From Pirellulales bacterium (GTDB taxonomy: Bacteria > Planctomycetota > Planctomycetia > Pirellulales > UBA1268), in contig JBIJCJ010000002.1 of the NCBI GenBank assembly GCA_044344765.1, forward strand, positions 1-44,478: a DNA stretch of 44,478 bases, read 5' to 3'. Made by a program: the position numbers and the translations under genes. The notes beneath the pieces were generated by a model, which was given only the letters and a program-made list of their open reading frames with translations, did no database searches and had not been told where the DNA came from. Shown one piece after another: positions 1 through 8,123 of this stretch; the first letter of the stretch is position 1; every line of letters begins with the position of its first letter.

Positions 1-1
1 G

Positions 2-241
2 ATGCTCGTGCTCCTCGTCGTGGGCGGCGTGAACACCGTGATCAGCCTGTTCTACTACCTCCGCGTGCTCAAGGTGATGACGTTCGACCCGCCGCCGTCC
101 GATCGCGTCGGCGAAGCGTTGCCGCTCGTGTCGCTGTCGGGCGGCGTGGTGACGGCGCTCGCGGTTCCGGTCGTGATCCTCGGGCTGTTCTGGTCCGGCC
201 TGTACGCGGCGGCGCAACTCGCCGGCACGTTTGCCAGTTAG
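2..241 (+). CDS. nuoN: NADH-quinone oxidoreductase subunit N, C-terminal fragment (5' end lies outside the window)
   Basis: The ORF runs from the window edge. Its hydrophobic tail, ...NTVISLFYYLRVLKVMTF...LFWSGLY, is typical of the NuoN/ND2 C-terminus. Confidence 0.65.
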   Translation: MLVLLVVGGVNTVISLFYYLRVLKVMTFDPPPSDRVGEALPLVSLSGGVVTALAVPVVILGLFWSGLYAAAQLAGTFAS

Positions 242-253
242 GGAAACCCGACC

Positions 254-700
254 ATGCCCGCCTCCGCTCCGCTCCGCCGCCTCGTCGCCACCCTCGATTC
301 GTCGCTGGCGATGTACATCGCCGATTCCGGCATCTGGTCCTACCCCGGACCGGAGGAGATCAAACTGGCGCTCGCCGATCTCGTGGGCGACCACAGGAGC
401 CTGCTCGACCGAGCCGGCACGGTGCTCGCCGAGCGGGAGGTGGCGGCCCCACGGACGGCCTACCCGCTCTCGTTCACGGCCCTGCACGACCTCGACCTGA
501 AGAACCTCCTGCCCCGGGTGATCCAGGGGCTCGATGCCCAGGCCGCCGCCTGCGAGTCGGTCGCGGCCGTCGCAGGTGACGACACGACCGCCGTCGAACT
601 GGCCCGCGAGGTCGTGCAGACCAACCGCCGCCACGGCGACCAGCTCCGCCAGCTCCTCGCCAAGAGCCGCGCCGGACTCATGGATGCGAAGGGTGCGTAG
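254..700 (+). CDS. hypothetical protein (148 aa, helical, no recognised motif)
   Basis: ATG ORF 12 nt downstream of the nuoN stop on the same strand. Amino-acid composition looks coding. I recognise no family. Confidence 0.45.
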   Translation: MPASAPLRRLVATLDSSLAMYIADSGIWSYPGPEEIKLALADLVGDHRSLLDRAGTVLAEREVAAPRTAYPLSFTALHDLDLKNLLPRVIQGLDAQAAACESVAAVAGDDTTAVELAREVVQTNRRHGDQLRQLLAKSRAGLMDAKGA

Positions 701-727
701 CCACCTTCTCACTTCTCGGCACTCAGT

Positions 728-1059
728 GCATTCTTGAGCGGTGGTCTTGCACTGTCGTGCATCCTGGAGCGGCGGTCTCCGACCGTCGTGCCGGCTGGTG
801 GGGTGGTCTCCGACCGACGTGCCGGTTGCTGGGAAGCCCGAAGCGCGAGCTGAGGGAATACGCGTCGCTTCACCTGACGCCACCCGCATACCCTCGGCTC
901 GCGCCTCGGGCTTCAAGGACAACGGGGCGTACCATCGAGGAGGGACGCCGAATCGGCCCGGTGTGCCGGCTGGAGCGGCGGTCTTGCACCGTCGTGCATC
1001 CTGTAGCGGCGGTCTCCGACCGTCGTGCATCCTGTAGCGGCGGTCTCCGACCGTCGTGC
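728..1059. repeat. composite intergenic repeat: 3 tandem ~31-bp family-A units (728-822), a central hairpin module (833-914, 18-bp stem), and 3 more family-A units (965-1059)
   Basis: The unit tgcatcctgtagcggcggtctccgaccgtcgtgc occurs twice exactly (995-1028 and 1026-1059), with degenerate copies at 728-760, 758-791, 792-822 and 965-997. In the central module, gaagcccgaagcgcgagc (833-850) pairs with gctcgcgcctcgggcttc (897-914) at 17 of 18 positions. Confidence 0.8.
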
Positions 1060-1092
1060 CGTGCCCGGACGTCGGGTATAACCCTCGGTCCC

Positions 1093-1866
1093 ATGCACCA
1101 CCTCTTTGACAGTCACTGCCACCTCGACCCGATGCGGTTCGGGGCCGAACTTCCCGACGTGCTGGCCCGCGCCCGGGCCGCGGGCGTCACGCGGATGACG
1201 GTCATCGGCACGCGGGCCGCCGACAGCGAGGCGGCCGCGGAACTGGCAGCCCGCGAGTCGGGCGTCGTGGCGGCGGCGGGCATCCATCCCAACGACGTGG
1301 CCGAGACCGAGCCGGGCGAGTGGGACCGGATCGTGCGGCTCGCCGAGGCGGGCCGCGTGGCCGCGATCGGCGAGACCGGGCTCGACTGGTATCGCACCAC
1401 GGCCCCGCCGGAGATGCAGCGTGACTCGTTCGATCGCCACCTCCGGCTGGCCCAGCGGCTCTCGTTGCCGGTCGTGATCCACACGCGGGAGAGCATCCGC
1501 GACGTGCTCGACATGCTCCGCGAGGCGGCCGCTCGCGGGCCGTTGCGGCCGGTGCTCCACGCCTTCACCGGCACGGCGGCCGAGGCGGCCGAGGCCCTCG
1601 ATCTCGGCTGCCACCTCGGCTTCGCGGGGATGGTGACCTTCCGCTCGTCGGCGGACCTCCGCGAGGTGGTGAAGACGGTGCCGCTCGAGCGGCTGCTCGT
1701 GGAGACAGACAGCCCGTTCCTCGCCCCGGAGCCGCTCCGCGGGAAGCGGAACGAGCCGGCGAATGTGGTGCACACGGCCCGCTGCCTGGCCCTGGTGCGG
1801 GGCGAGCCGTTCGCCGACTTCGCGGCCGCGACCACGGCCAACGCCCGCCGCGTGTTCGGCTGCTGA
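1093..1866 (+). CDS. tatD: TatD-family metal-dependent hydrolase/DNase
   Basis: MHHLFDSHCHLD... N-terminus plus IGETGLDWY and LETDSPFLAP motifs. I chose the ATG at 1093 because the upstream part of ORF 757-1866 is made of the repeat units. Confidence 0.85.
   Translation: MHHLFDSHCHLDPMRFGAELPDVLARARAAGVTRMTVIGTRAADSEAAAELAARESGVVAAAGIHPNDVAETEPGEWDRIVRLAEAGRVAAIGETGLDWYRTTAPPEMQRDSFDRHLRLAQRLSLPVVIHTRESIRDVLDMLREAAARGPLRPVLHAFTGTAAEAAEALDLGCHLGFAGMVTFRSSADLREVVKTVPLERLLVETDSPFLAPEPLRGKRNEPANVVHTARCLALVRGEPFADFAAATTANARRVFGC
1828..1866 (+). repeat. left copy of a 39-bp direct repeat (equals the last codons and stop of tatD)
   Basis: gcgaccacggccaacgcccgccgcgtgttcggctgctga recurs at 3061-3099 with 2 mismatches. 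Confidence 0.85.
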
Positions 1867-1881
1867 ACTGCTGCAGGGAGT

Positions 1882-2157
1882 CGTACGGCTCACACTTGAT
1901 CCTCGCGCATGGTCGGCTTTGTCCCGATAGTGGAACAGACATCGGGCGTGACCACGCTTCGGAAGCCCCCGGCGGGAGCCGGGGGGTGACGGGCTGCGCC
2001 GGGATGAGGGGCTGCGCCGTGAAGACGGGTCGCCCCGCGGGTTTTGGGAGAACGCGGGAAGGCGATCCACAAGTCCACGGAGTGGACCGCGTCACCCCCG
2101 GGCTTCCGCCCGGGGCTTTTGGGGAGGAACGTGCGAGGATCAAGTGTGTGCCGTATC
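1882..2157. mobile_element. 276-bp non-coding element bounded by ~27-bp terminal inverted repeats (MITE-like, or a long-stem structured RNA)
   Basis: The reverse complement of 1882-1909 (cgtacggctcacacttgatcctcgcgca) matches 2131-2157 (gtgcgaggatcaagtgtgtgccgtatc) with about 3 mismatches. The interior holds further GC-rich inverted segments and no credible ORF. Confidence 0.55.
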
Positions 2158-2185
2158 AGTCGCGGCGAGCGGCAGTTTCCAACGA

Positions 2186-2707
2186 TCACGATCCCATCAT
2201 CGCGGCGAGCGACCGGGCCGGCAGGAAGAGCCGGTAGGGATTGCCCGGCAATTCCAGGAAATCCCACCGCCGGTAAAAACGCTTGGCTCGTTCATCGACG
2301 CAGTCGAGGATCACGGCTACGAACGCAAATGTGCGGCCAGCGTCGTGGCAATCCCGGAGCGCCTGCGCGAGCAACCGGTCGCCGAGCCGGCTCCCCTGGT
2401 GGCGACGACTGACTCCCAGCCAGGCAACGACGGCCACAGGGAGTCCGCGACGCGGGAGTTTTCTGGCGAATTCAGCCGGCAGGTCGCCGAAATCCACCTG
2501 CCCTGTCGCCAAGGTGTAATACCCTGCAGTGTGACCATCCGGGCCAACCAGAACCTTCGTCGATGACAGCCGCTTGGACTGGTGTTGCAACGCCTTGGTA
2601 TGCAGCCAGTCATTGACCTCGATCTGCCCGCAATCAAACAATCCGCGAGCACGAGATCGGCCGAGGCCCTCGAGGGATAACCCTTGCGGAAACACGACGC
2701 CGCTCAC
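2186..2707 (-). CDS. tacT: GNAT-family acetyltransferase toxin (TacT/AtaT-like)
   Basis: GNAT core ...VAWLGVSRRHQGSRLGDRLLAQAL...RFYRRWDF. A GTG start at 2707 overlaps the antitoxin stop by 4 nt (GTGA). The ATG at 2782 is the alternative start. Confidence 0.75.
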   Translation of the reverse strand: MSGVVFPQGLSLEGLGRSRARGLFDCGQIEVNDWLHTKALQHQSKRLSSTKVLVGPDGHTAGYYTLATGQVDFGDLPAEFARKLPRRGLPVAVVAWLGVSRRHQGSRLGDRLLAQALRDCHDAGRTFAFVAVILDCVDERAKRFYRRWDFLELPGNPYRLFLPARSLAAMMGS

Positions 2708-3000
2708 CGCGCCCCTCGCATCATCGCGCCGAGCCGCCGCTGTGCTGCCGTCAATGCCCGAGGCGACTGGAGCGCCTGCCAAAAGGCTAACTGCTCGGTA
2801 GGCGTCAGGGTGATGGTGCTGTCACGGGCGCTCGCCGCCTCGCGCCGTGCCTGCGGCACCGTGACCGTTCGGACGTAGTCGCTGACGCTGATCCGGCGCA
2901 ATTCAGCTGCGGCCGCCAGCGCCTGCTTGCTTTCTGCGTCCAGCCGAACCATGAGCGTGCTCGACGTTGGGGCGACTTTTGTTTTTTGTGAACGTGGCAT
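2704..3000 (-). CDS. tacA: DUF1778 / ribbon-helix-helix antitoxin (TacA-like)
   Basis: 98 aa, containing ...LMVRLDAESKQALAAAAELRRISVSDYVR... and a C-terminal toxin-binding-like tail. It sits immediately upstream of the GNAT gene and overlaps it. GGAGGG lies 6 nt before the ATG. Confidence 0.75.
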   Translation of the reverse strand: MPRSQKTKVAPTSSTLMVRLDAESKQALAAAAELRRISVSDYVRTVTVPQARREAASARDSTITLTPTEQLAFWQALQSPRALTAAQRRLGAMMRGAR

Positions 3001-3019
3001 TGGCGTCCCTCCGGCTTCG

Positions 3020-3047
3020 AGTGTATTGCATAACGCTATACGAGCAA
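3020..3047 (-). promoter_or_regulatory. candidate sigma-70-type promoter and imperfect palindromic operator for tacAT
   Basis: The minus strand reads TTGCTC-N16-TACACT. The imperfect palindrome gtattgcataacgctatac (3023-3041) sits in a locally AT-rich leader. Confidence 0.3.
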
Positions 3048-3060
3048 GGCCGGGGCGGGG

Positions 3061-3099
3061 GCGACCACGGCCAACGCCCGCCGGGTGTTCGACTGCTGA
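3061..3099 (+). repeat. right copy of the 39-bp direct repeat (a relic tatD 3' end)
   Basis: 37 of 39 positions match 1828-1866. It ends 6 nt before the stop of the convergent kinase gene. Confidence 0.85.
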
Positions 3100-3105
3100 G
3101 CGGAG

Positions 3106-4680
3106 TCAGCCGCGGCGCAGGCGGCCGACCTGGAAGTCGGCGATTGCCGCCGCGCTGACGACGAGCACGGCCACGATCGCGGCCACGTTCCAGCGGAATG
3201 CGGCGGGGTCCGTGGCCAGCAGGATGGCGTAGCCGGCGAGCGCAGCCGCCGCGGCGATCCTCACCAGGCGGCGGTCGAGCCACAGCCCGGCCGCGGACAC
3301 GAGGACCGGGTGGGCGGCGACGAGCGGACTGTCCGCACCGCCCACCATCACCAATAGCGCGGTCACGAACGCCGCGTCGGTGACCACGAACGCGATGCCG
3401 GCCTGCCGCAGCGACAGCCGGCGGATCCCGAGCCACTCGCAGGCCGCCGCACAAGCCGCCCACAGGCCGAGGCCGATGGCGACCGGGCGGTAGAACGGCA
3501 CGGTCGTGGGATCGCCGAGGCAGCGGGCCGCGACGATGGCGATCGTGCCGAGGATGGCGGCCACCCGGAATCCGGCCGCGGGGTAGCGGCGCAGCACGCG
3601 GCCCAGGCGGTGCAACGGGCCGCCACCAGGCGGGGCGATGCGGTCGCCGCGGAGCCAGGCCTCGAGATCGTCGCCGACGGCCGCGGCCGTCGGATACCGG
3701 CGGGCCGGATCCTTCTCCAGGCATCGGAGGCAGATCTGCTGGAGCGCCGTCGGCACCTCCGGATGGAGCCGCCGCGGAGGCACGGGCTCGCGCTCCAGCA
3801 CGTTCATGACCACGAGCAGCCGTGTGTCGCCGGAGAAGGGCGGCCGGCCGGTGAGGGCCGTGTAGAGGATCGCTCCCAGGCCGTAGACGTCGCTGCGGGC
3901 GTCGAGGCCGCGGACTCGGCCTGCGGCCTGCTCCGGGGCCATGTACTCCGGCGTGCCGAGCACCGTGCCGGTGGCGGTAACGCCGTCTTCCGTGGCCGCG
4001 TCGCGGGCCAGGCCGAAGTCTGCCAGGTGTGGTGTGCCTGATGCGTCGAGCAGCACGTTCGAGGGCTTGAGGTCGCGGTGCAGGATGCCGCAGTCGTGGA
4101 GGTGGTGCACGGCCCGCGCCACCGCCGCAATCACGGTCGCCGCCGCGCGGGGCGACAGCGGCCCGGCCCGGAGGCGGGAGCCGAGGTCGTCCCCCGCGAC
4201 GAGATCCATGGCGAAGTAGAGCTGGCCGTCGTGTTCCCCGGCGTCGTGGATGGCGACGATCCCCGGATGTCGCACGCGGGCCGCGAGCCGGGCCTCGGCG
4301 AGGAATCGCCGCCGCTGCTCCGCGGTCGCGAACGCGCCCGCCGACAGCAGCTTCAGGGCCACGTCGCGGCCGAGCCGCTCGTGGCGGGCCCGATACACCA
4401 CGCCCATGCCGCCCCGCCCGAGCTCGGCGCCGACGGCGAACGGCCCGAAGCGCCGGCCGGTGAGCGATTCCGCGCCAGCCGCATGGGCCGCGTCGGGCGC
4501 GACGGTCGAGGCGAGATCGTCGAGGCCGCGGAGGCAGGCCGTCCACGCGGCGAGGGGGGGGCAGGCGGCGAGCAGGCGCCGTTCTTCAGCCGCGTCGGCC
4601 GCCTGGATCGCCGCCAGGTAGCGATCGAGAAGATCGGGATCGACCTCCGCGGCGGCAGCCGGCTCATCGGGCCGCGTCAT
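3106..4680 (-). CDS. Ser/Thr protein kinase with a C-terminal polytopic membrane domain
   Basis: Hanks kinase motifs: GRGGMGVVYRARH, VALK, HRDLKPSNVLL, DFGLAR, GTPEYMAPE. The C-terminal ~190 aa form several hydrophobic helices. The ATG at 4680 overlaps the sigma gene stop (ATGA). Confidence 0.85.
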   Translation of the reverse strand: MTRPDEPAAAAEVDPDLLDRYLAAIQAADAAEERRLLAACPPLAAWTACLRGLDDLASTVAPDAAHAAGAESLTGRRFGPFAVGAELGRGGMGVVYRARHERLGRDVALKLLSAGAFATAEQRRRFLAEARLAARVRHPGIVAIHDAGEHDGQLYFAMDLVAGDDLGSRLRAGPLSPRAAATVIAAVARAVHHLHDCGILHRDLKPSNVLLDASGTPHLADFGLARDAATEDGVTATGTVLGTPEYMAPEQAAGRVRGLDARSDVYGLGAILYTALTGRPPFSGDTRLLVVMNVLEREPVPPRRLHPEVPTALQQICLRCLEKDPARRYPTAAAVGDDLEAWLRGDRIAPPGGGPLHRLGRVLRRYPAAGFRVAAILGTIAIVAARCLGDPTTVPFYRPVAIGLGLWAACAAACEWLGIRRLSLRQAGIAFVVTDAAFVTALLVMVGGADSPLVAAHPVLVSAAGLWLDRRLVRIAAAAALAGYAILLATDPAAFRWNVAAIVAVLVVSAAAIADFQVGRLRRG

Positions 4681-5354
4681 GGCGTCGCCTCGACGCCAGA
4701 AAACTCCGCGGGCAGCCGCTCCTTGAGGGAGGCGATGGCCCGCATCCACAGCATGCGACAGGCGCCGCTCGAACGGCCCATCCGCTGCGCCACCTCCTCG
4801 AAGGGGAGCCGTTCGATGTTCCGCAGGAAGAGCACCTCGCGGTGGTCGTCGGCCAGCCCCTCCATCGCCGCGGCGAGCAGCAGTTCCTGCTCCCAACGGA
4901 TCACCCGCCCGCTCGGCGACGAGGCGGTGTCGATCGGGTGCTCGTGCCAGCCGTGCGACGCGTCGTCGTGCGCGGCCAGCGGCACCTCGCGGCCCGCGTC
5001 GCGCTTCGCCGTGCCCCGGTAGCGCTTGGCGGCATCGAAGGCGTTGTGGGCGACGATCCGTTTCAGCCAGCCGAGCCACTCCTGCGGCGTCTCCCCCGCG
5101 AAGCCGTCGAACCCGCGATGCGCCTCGAGGAGCGACTGCTGCACGACGTCGGAGGCATCGACCTTCGCCCGCAGCCGGCGCTGGAGATGAAACCGCGCGG
5201 CGGTGGCGACGAAACTTCGACAGGCTCCGAACAGCCGATTGCGGGCCGCCGCGTCACCGGCCCGCGCGGCGGCCAGCCAGCCCGCGATCCGCGCGGCGTC
5301 GCCCGCGTCGGCGGATGGCGGGGCGGCGGAGGAGGGCAAGGGAGCATCCGGCAT
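4677..5354 (-). CDS. ECF-family RNA polymerase sigma factor (kinase-linked type)
   Basis: Sigma-70 region 2 (DVVQQSLLEAHRGFDGF...) and region 4 (REVLFLRNIERLPFEEVAQRMGRSSGACRMLWMRA). The start is either the ATG at 5354 or the ATG at 5405. Confidence 0.8.
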   Translation of the reverse strand: MPDAPLPSSAAPPSADAGDAARIAGWLAAARAGDAAARNRLFGACRSFVATAARFHLQRRLRAKVDASDVVQQSLLEAHRGFDGFAGETPQEWLGWLKRIVAHNAFDAAKRYRGTAKRDAGREVPLAAHDDASHGWHEHPIDTASSPSGRVIRWEQELLLAAAMEGLADDHREVLFLRNIERLPFEEVAQRMGRSSGACRMLWMRAIASLKERLPAEFSGVEATP

Positions 5355-5485
5355 GAGAGGAGCACCATTTCGCGGCCAGGCCACCCGAAAAAAGCCGCGT
5401 GACATCCCCTTCGGGCCGTCGCCTGATCAGGGGAGCGGCCCGCCCGACGCGGGTCGAGCCCCCGGCAGGATACACCGTGACCGCG

Positions 5486-6316
5486 ATGACAACCCAGCCA
5501 CGAACGACCCGCCGCGGATCCCACGGGGCCGCCGCCGCGTCGCCCGCGGACGGCCCGATGATCGCCCTGGAAAACGTGGCCAAGGCCTACGGCGGCCGGC
5601 AGGTGCTCCCGGCGACCTCGCTGGCCGTCGCCCGGGGCAGCACCACGGTGCTCATCGGCCCCAGCGGCTGCGGCAAGAGCACGCTGCTGCGGATGATCGT
5701 GGGGCTCGTCACGCCCGACCAGGGCACGGTGACGATCGACGGCCGGCGGCTCGAGGCCGCGTCGATGGCCGACCTGCGGCGGCGGATCGGCTACGTGATC
5801 CAGGATGGCGGGCTGTTTCCGCATCTCACCGGCCGCGACAACGTCGGCCTGCTCGCGCGGCACCTGGGCTGGGAGCCGGCGCGGATCGCCGCGCGGATCG
5901 CGGAGCTCGTCGCCCTCACGCGGCTGCCCGAGGCCGCGCTCGATCGCTTTCCGGCCCAGCTCTCGGGAGGTCAGCGGCAGCGGCTGGGAATCATGCGGGC
6001 GCTGATGCTCGACCCCGCCGCGATCCTCCTCGACGAGCCGATGGGGGCGCTCGACCCGCTCGTGCGGTACGACCTCCAGGAAGACCTGCGGCGGATTTTT
6101 CGCGAGACCGGCAAGACGGTCGTCATGGTCACGCACGACATGGGCGAGGCCGGCTTCTTCGGCGACGAGGTGCTGCTGCTGGGCGACGGCCGCATCGTGC
6201 AGCGCGGCACGCTCGACGACCTGATCCACGCCCCGGCCGACGACTTCGTGCGCCGGTTCGTGTCGGCCCAGCGGTTCCCGGGCCTGTCTGGCAGTGAAGG
6301 GAGGAACGCATCGTGA
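5486..6316 (+). CDS. ABC transporter ATP-binding protein (osmoprotectant/glycine-betaine type)
   Basis: Walker A GPSGCGKST, signature LSGGQRQR, Walker B ILLDEP. The ATG at 5558 is the alternative start. Confidence 0.85.
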   Translation: MTTQPRTTRRGSHGAAAASPADGPMIALENVAKAYGGRQVLPATSLAVARGSTTVLIGPSGCGKSTLLRMIVGLVTPDQGTVTIDGRRLEAASMADLRRRIGYVIQDGGLFPHLTGRDNVGLLARHLGWEPARIAARIAELVALTRLPEAALDRFPAQLSGGQRQRLGIMRALMLDPAAILLDEPMGALDPLVRYDLQEDLRRIFRETGKTVVMVTHDMGEAGFFGDEVLLLGDGRIVQRGTLDDLIHAPADDFVRRFVSAQRFPGLSGSEGRNAS

Positions 6317-6384
6317 GCGGGCGCATGAGAAGGACTGTCGTTGATTCGTGCATGATCCTTTCCGGCACGACGGTTCCAGAAACT

Positions 6385-6490
6385 CCCTCTCCCTCTGGGA
6401 GAGGGGTCGGGGTGAGGGTGCAGGGAATCGGCGCAGCCTCGGAAGCACCCTCACCCGGCCTGCGGCCGGCCTCTCCCAGAGGGAGAGGCG
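6385..6490. repeat. family-B palindromic repeat element (copy 1)
   Basis: ccctctccctctgggagaggggtcggggtgagggtgc ... gcaccctcacccggcctgcggccggcctctcccagagggagaggcg. The arms are inverted repeats. A near-identical copy lies at 21189-21310. Confidence 0.8.
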
Positions 6491-6492
6491 AG

Positions 6493-8073
6493 ATGGCGAG
6501 GTCACAGCGCACCCTGGCGTGTGCGAGATTTCCATCGAGAAGCCGAAAGCGGTCCGGTCGTCTGCCGAGCCGAATCCTCGCCGCGGTCCTGGTGGTCGCG
6601 ACGATGATGGCGCCGATCGCGGCCGCCGCCCCCGCGGCGGGCCCGGTGGTGCGGATCGGCTCCAAGCCGTTCACGGAAGGGATCGTGCTCGGCGAGCTGC
6701 TCGCGGGCGTCGCCCGGCAGGCGGGGGGCGCCGCCGAGCACCGGGCGGCGCTCGGTGGCACGCAGATCGTGTTCGCGGCCCTCGAACGCGGGGAGATCGA
6801 CTGCTACGTCGAGTACAGCGGCACCTTGGAGCGGGAGATCCTCCGCGCCGAAAGCGTCCGGAGCCCCGCGGACGTGGCGGCTGCGCTTGCCCGCCGGGGT
6901 CTTGCCCGGACCGGGCCGCTGGGCTTCGACAACACCTACGCCCTGGGCATGAAGGAGACGGTGGCGGCGCGGGCCGGCATCGAGACGATCTCCGATCTCG
7001 CGGGCCGCGACCTCGCCATCGCGCTCAGCGACGAGTTCGTGCGGCGGGCCGACGGCTGGCCGGCGGTTCGCGATGCCTACGAACTGCGGCAGACCCCGCG
7101 GGTGCTCGATCACGCGCTGGCTTATCGCGGCCTGGAAAGCGGCCACGTCGCGGTCACCGACCTCTACGCCACCGATCCCGAGGTGCGGGCCCACGAGCTG
7201 CGGATCCTGCGGGACGACCGGGGCGTGTTTCGCGAATACAAGGCGTTCGTGCTGTATCGCGCCGACCTCGCGGAGCGGGCGCCGGCATTCCTGGCGGCGC
7301 TCGGGCAGCTCGAGGGGACGATCGATCCGGCGGCGATGCGCGAGATGAACGCCCGGGTGCTGCTCGACGGCGAGCCGGAGCGGACCGTGGCGGCCCGCTT
7401 CCTCCGGGATCGGTTCGGCTGGGAAGTGGCCGACGACACGACGCCCGCCTGGCTGATCGTGGCCCGCGACGTGGGGCGGGCCACGCTCCAGCACCTGGCG
7501 CTCGTGGCCGCGGCATTGATTGCGGCGGTGGCCGTCGCCGTGCCGCTGGGGATATACGCCCATCGCCGGCCGCGGCTGGCCGCCGGCATCCTCGGCGTGG
7601 TCGGCATCCTGCAGACGATTCCGTCGATGGCCGTGCTCGTGTTCATGGTGCCGCTGGTGGGCCTGGGCTGGAAGCCGGCCGTGGTGGCGCTCTTTCTCTA
7701 CGGCCTCCTGCCGATCGTCCGCGGCACGTTCAACGGGCTGGCCGGAATCCCGCAGCAGCTCCGCGAGTCGGCCGAGGTGCTCGGCCTCGACGGGCGTTCC
7801 CGCTTGCGGCTCGTGGAGCTGCCGCTGGCCTCGCGATCGATTCTCGCGGGCATCAAGACGGCGGCCGTGATCGCCGTGGGCACGGCCACGATCGGCGGGC
7901 TGATCGGCGCGGGCGGCTACGGCGAGGCGATCCTGGCCGGAATCCGCCGGGCCGACGTGGGACTGCTCATGCAAGGCGCGGTGCCCGCGGCGGTGCTCGC
8001 CCTGCTGATTCAGGCGGCCTGCGATGGTCTGGAGCGGCTTGTGGTTCCCGCAGGGCTGCGGGCCGGTGGGTAG
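6493..8073 (+). CDS. fused ABC transporter: OpuAC-type substrate-binding domain plus permease (glycine betaine/choline family)
   Basis: The N-terminal half, ...[16 protein letters not shown]...[12 protein letters not shown]..., resembles quaternary-amine binding proteins. The C-terminal half is a 5-6 TM permease with an EAA-like loop ([20 protein letters not shown]). I chose the ATG at 6493 because the upstream part of the ORF is the family-B repeat. Confidence 0.8.
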   Translation: MARSQRTLACARFPSRSRKRSGRLPSRILAAVLVVATMMAPIAAAAPAAGPVVRIGSKPFTEGIVLGELLAGVARQAGGAAEHRAALGGTQIVFAALERGEIDCYVEYSGTLEREILRAESVRSPADVAAALARRGLARTGPLGFDNTYALGMKETVAARAGIETISDLAGRDLAIALSDEFVRRADGWPAVRDAYELRQTPRVLDHALAYRGLESGHVAVTDLYATDPEVRAHELRILRDDRGVFREYKAFVLYRADLAERAPAFLAALGQLEGTIDPAAMREMNARVLLDGEPERTVAARFLRDRFGWEVADDTTPAWLIVARDVGRATLQHLALVAAALIAAVAVAVPLGIYAHRRPRLAAGILGVVGILQTIPSMAVLVFMVPLVGLGWKPAVVALFLYGLLPIVRGTFNGLAGIPQQLRESAEVLGLDGRSRLRLVELPLASRSILAGIKTAAVIAVGTATIGGLIGAGGYGEAILAGIRRADVGLLMQGAVPAAVLALLIQAACDGLERLVVPAGLRAGG

Positions 8074-8123
8074 AATCCTCCGCGTCGGGGAAGTCTCAAC
8101 GTGGCGAGAAGTGGTGGCCGGAC

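Noticed and set aside
757-1092. N-terminal extension of tatD, and the independent ORF 741-1037.
   Set aside because: The sequence is encoded entirely by the tandem family-A repeats and the central hairpin module. The canonical TatD N-terminus (MHHLFDSHCHLD) starts at 1093.
1867-2185. The inverted-repeat-bounded region as a known housekeeping RNA (RNase P RNA, tmRNA, SRP RNA or 6S RNA).
   Set aside because: I did not see the conserved core motifs: the GGAAAGUCC-type P4 region of RNase P, a tRNA-like acceptor end or tag ORF for tmRNA, or the SRP domain IV motif. At 276 nt the region is also too long for typical 6S RNA.
6348-8123. The 5' part of the 1429-aa ORF 6348-10637, which would fuse a long N-terminal extension onto the DUF2339 protein.
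   Set aside because: This stretch is out of frame with the well-supported SBP-permease gene (6493-8073) and has an Arg/Gly/Pro-rich composition. A protein-like sequence begins only at the ATG at 8124.
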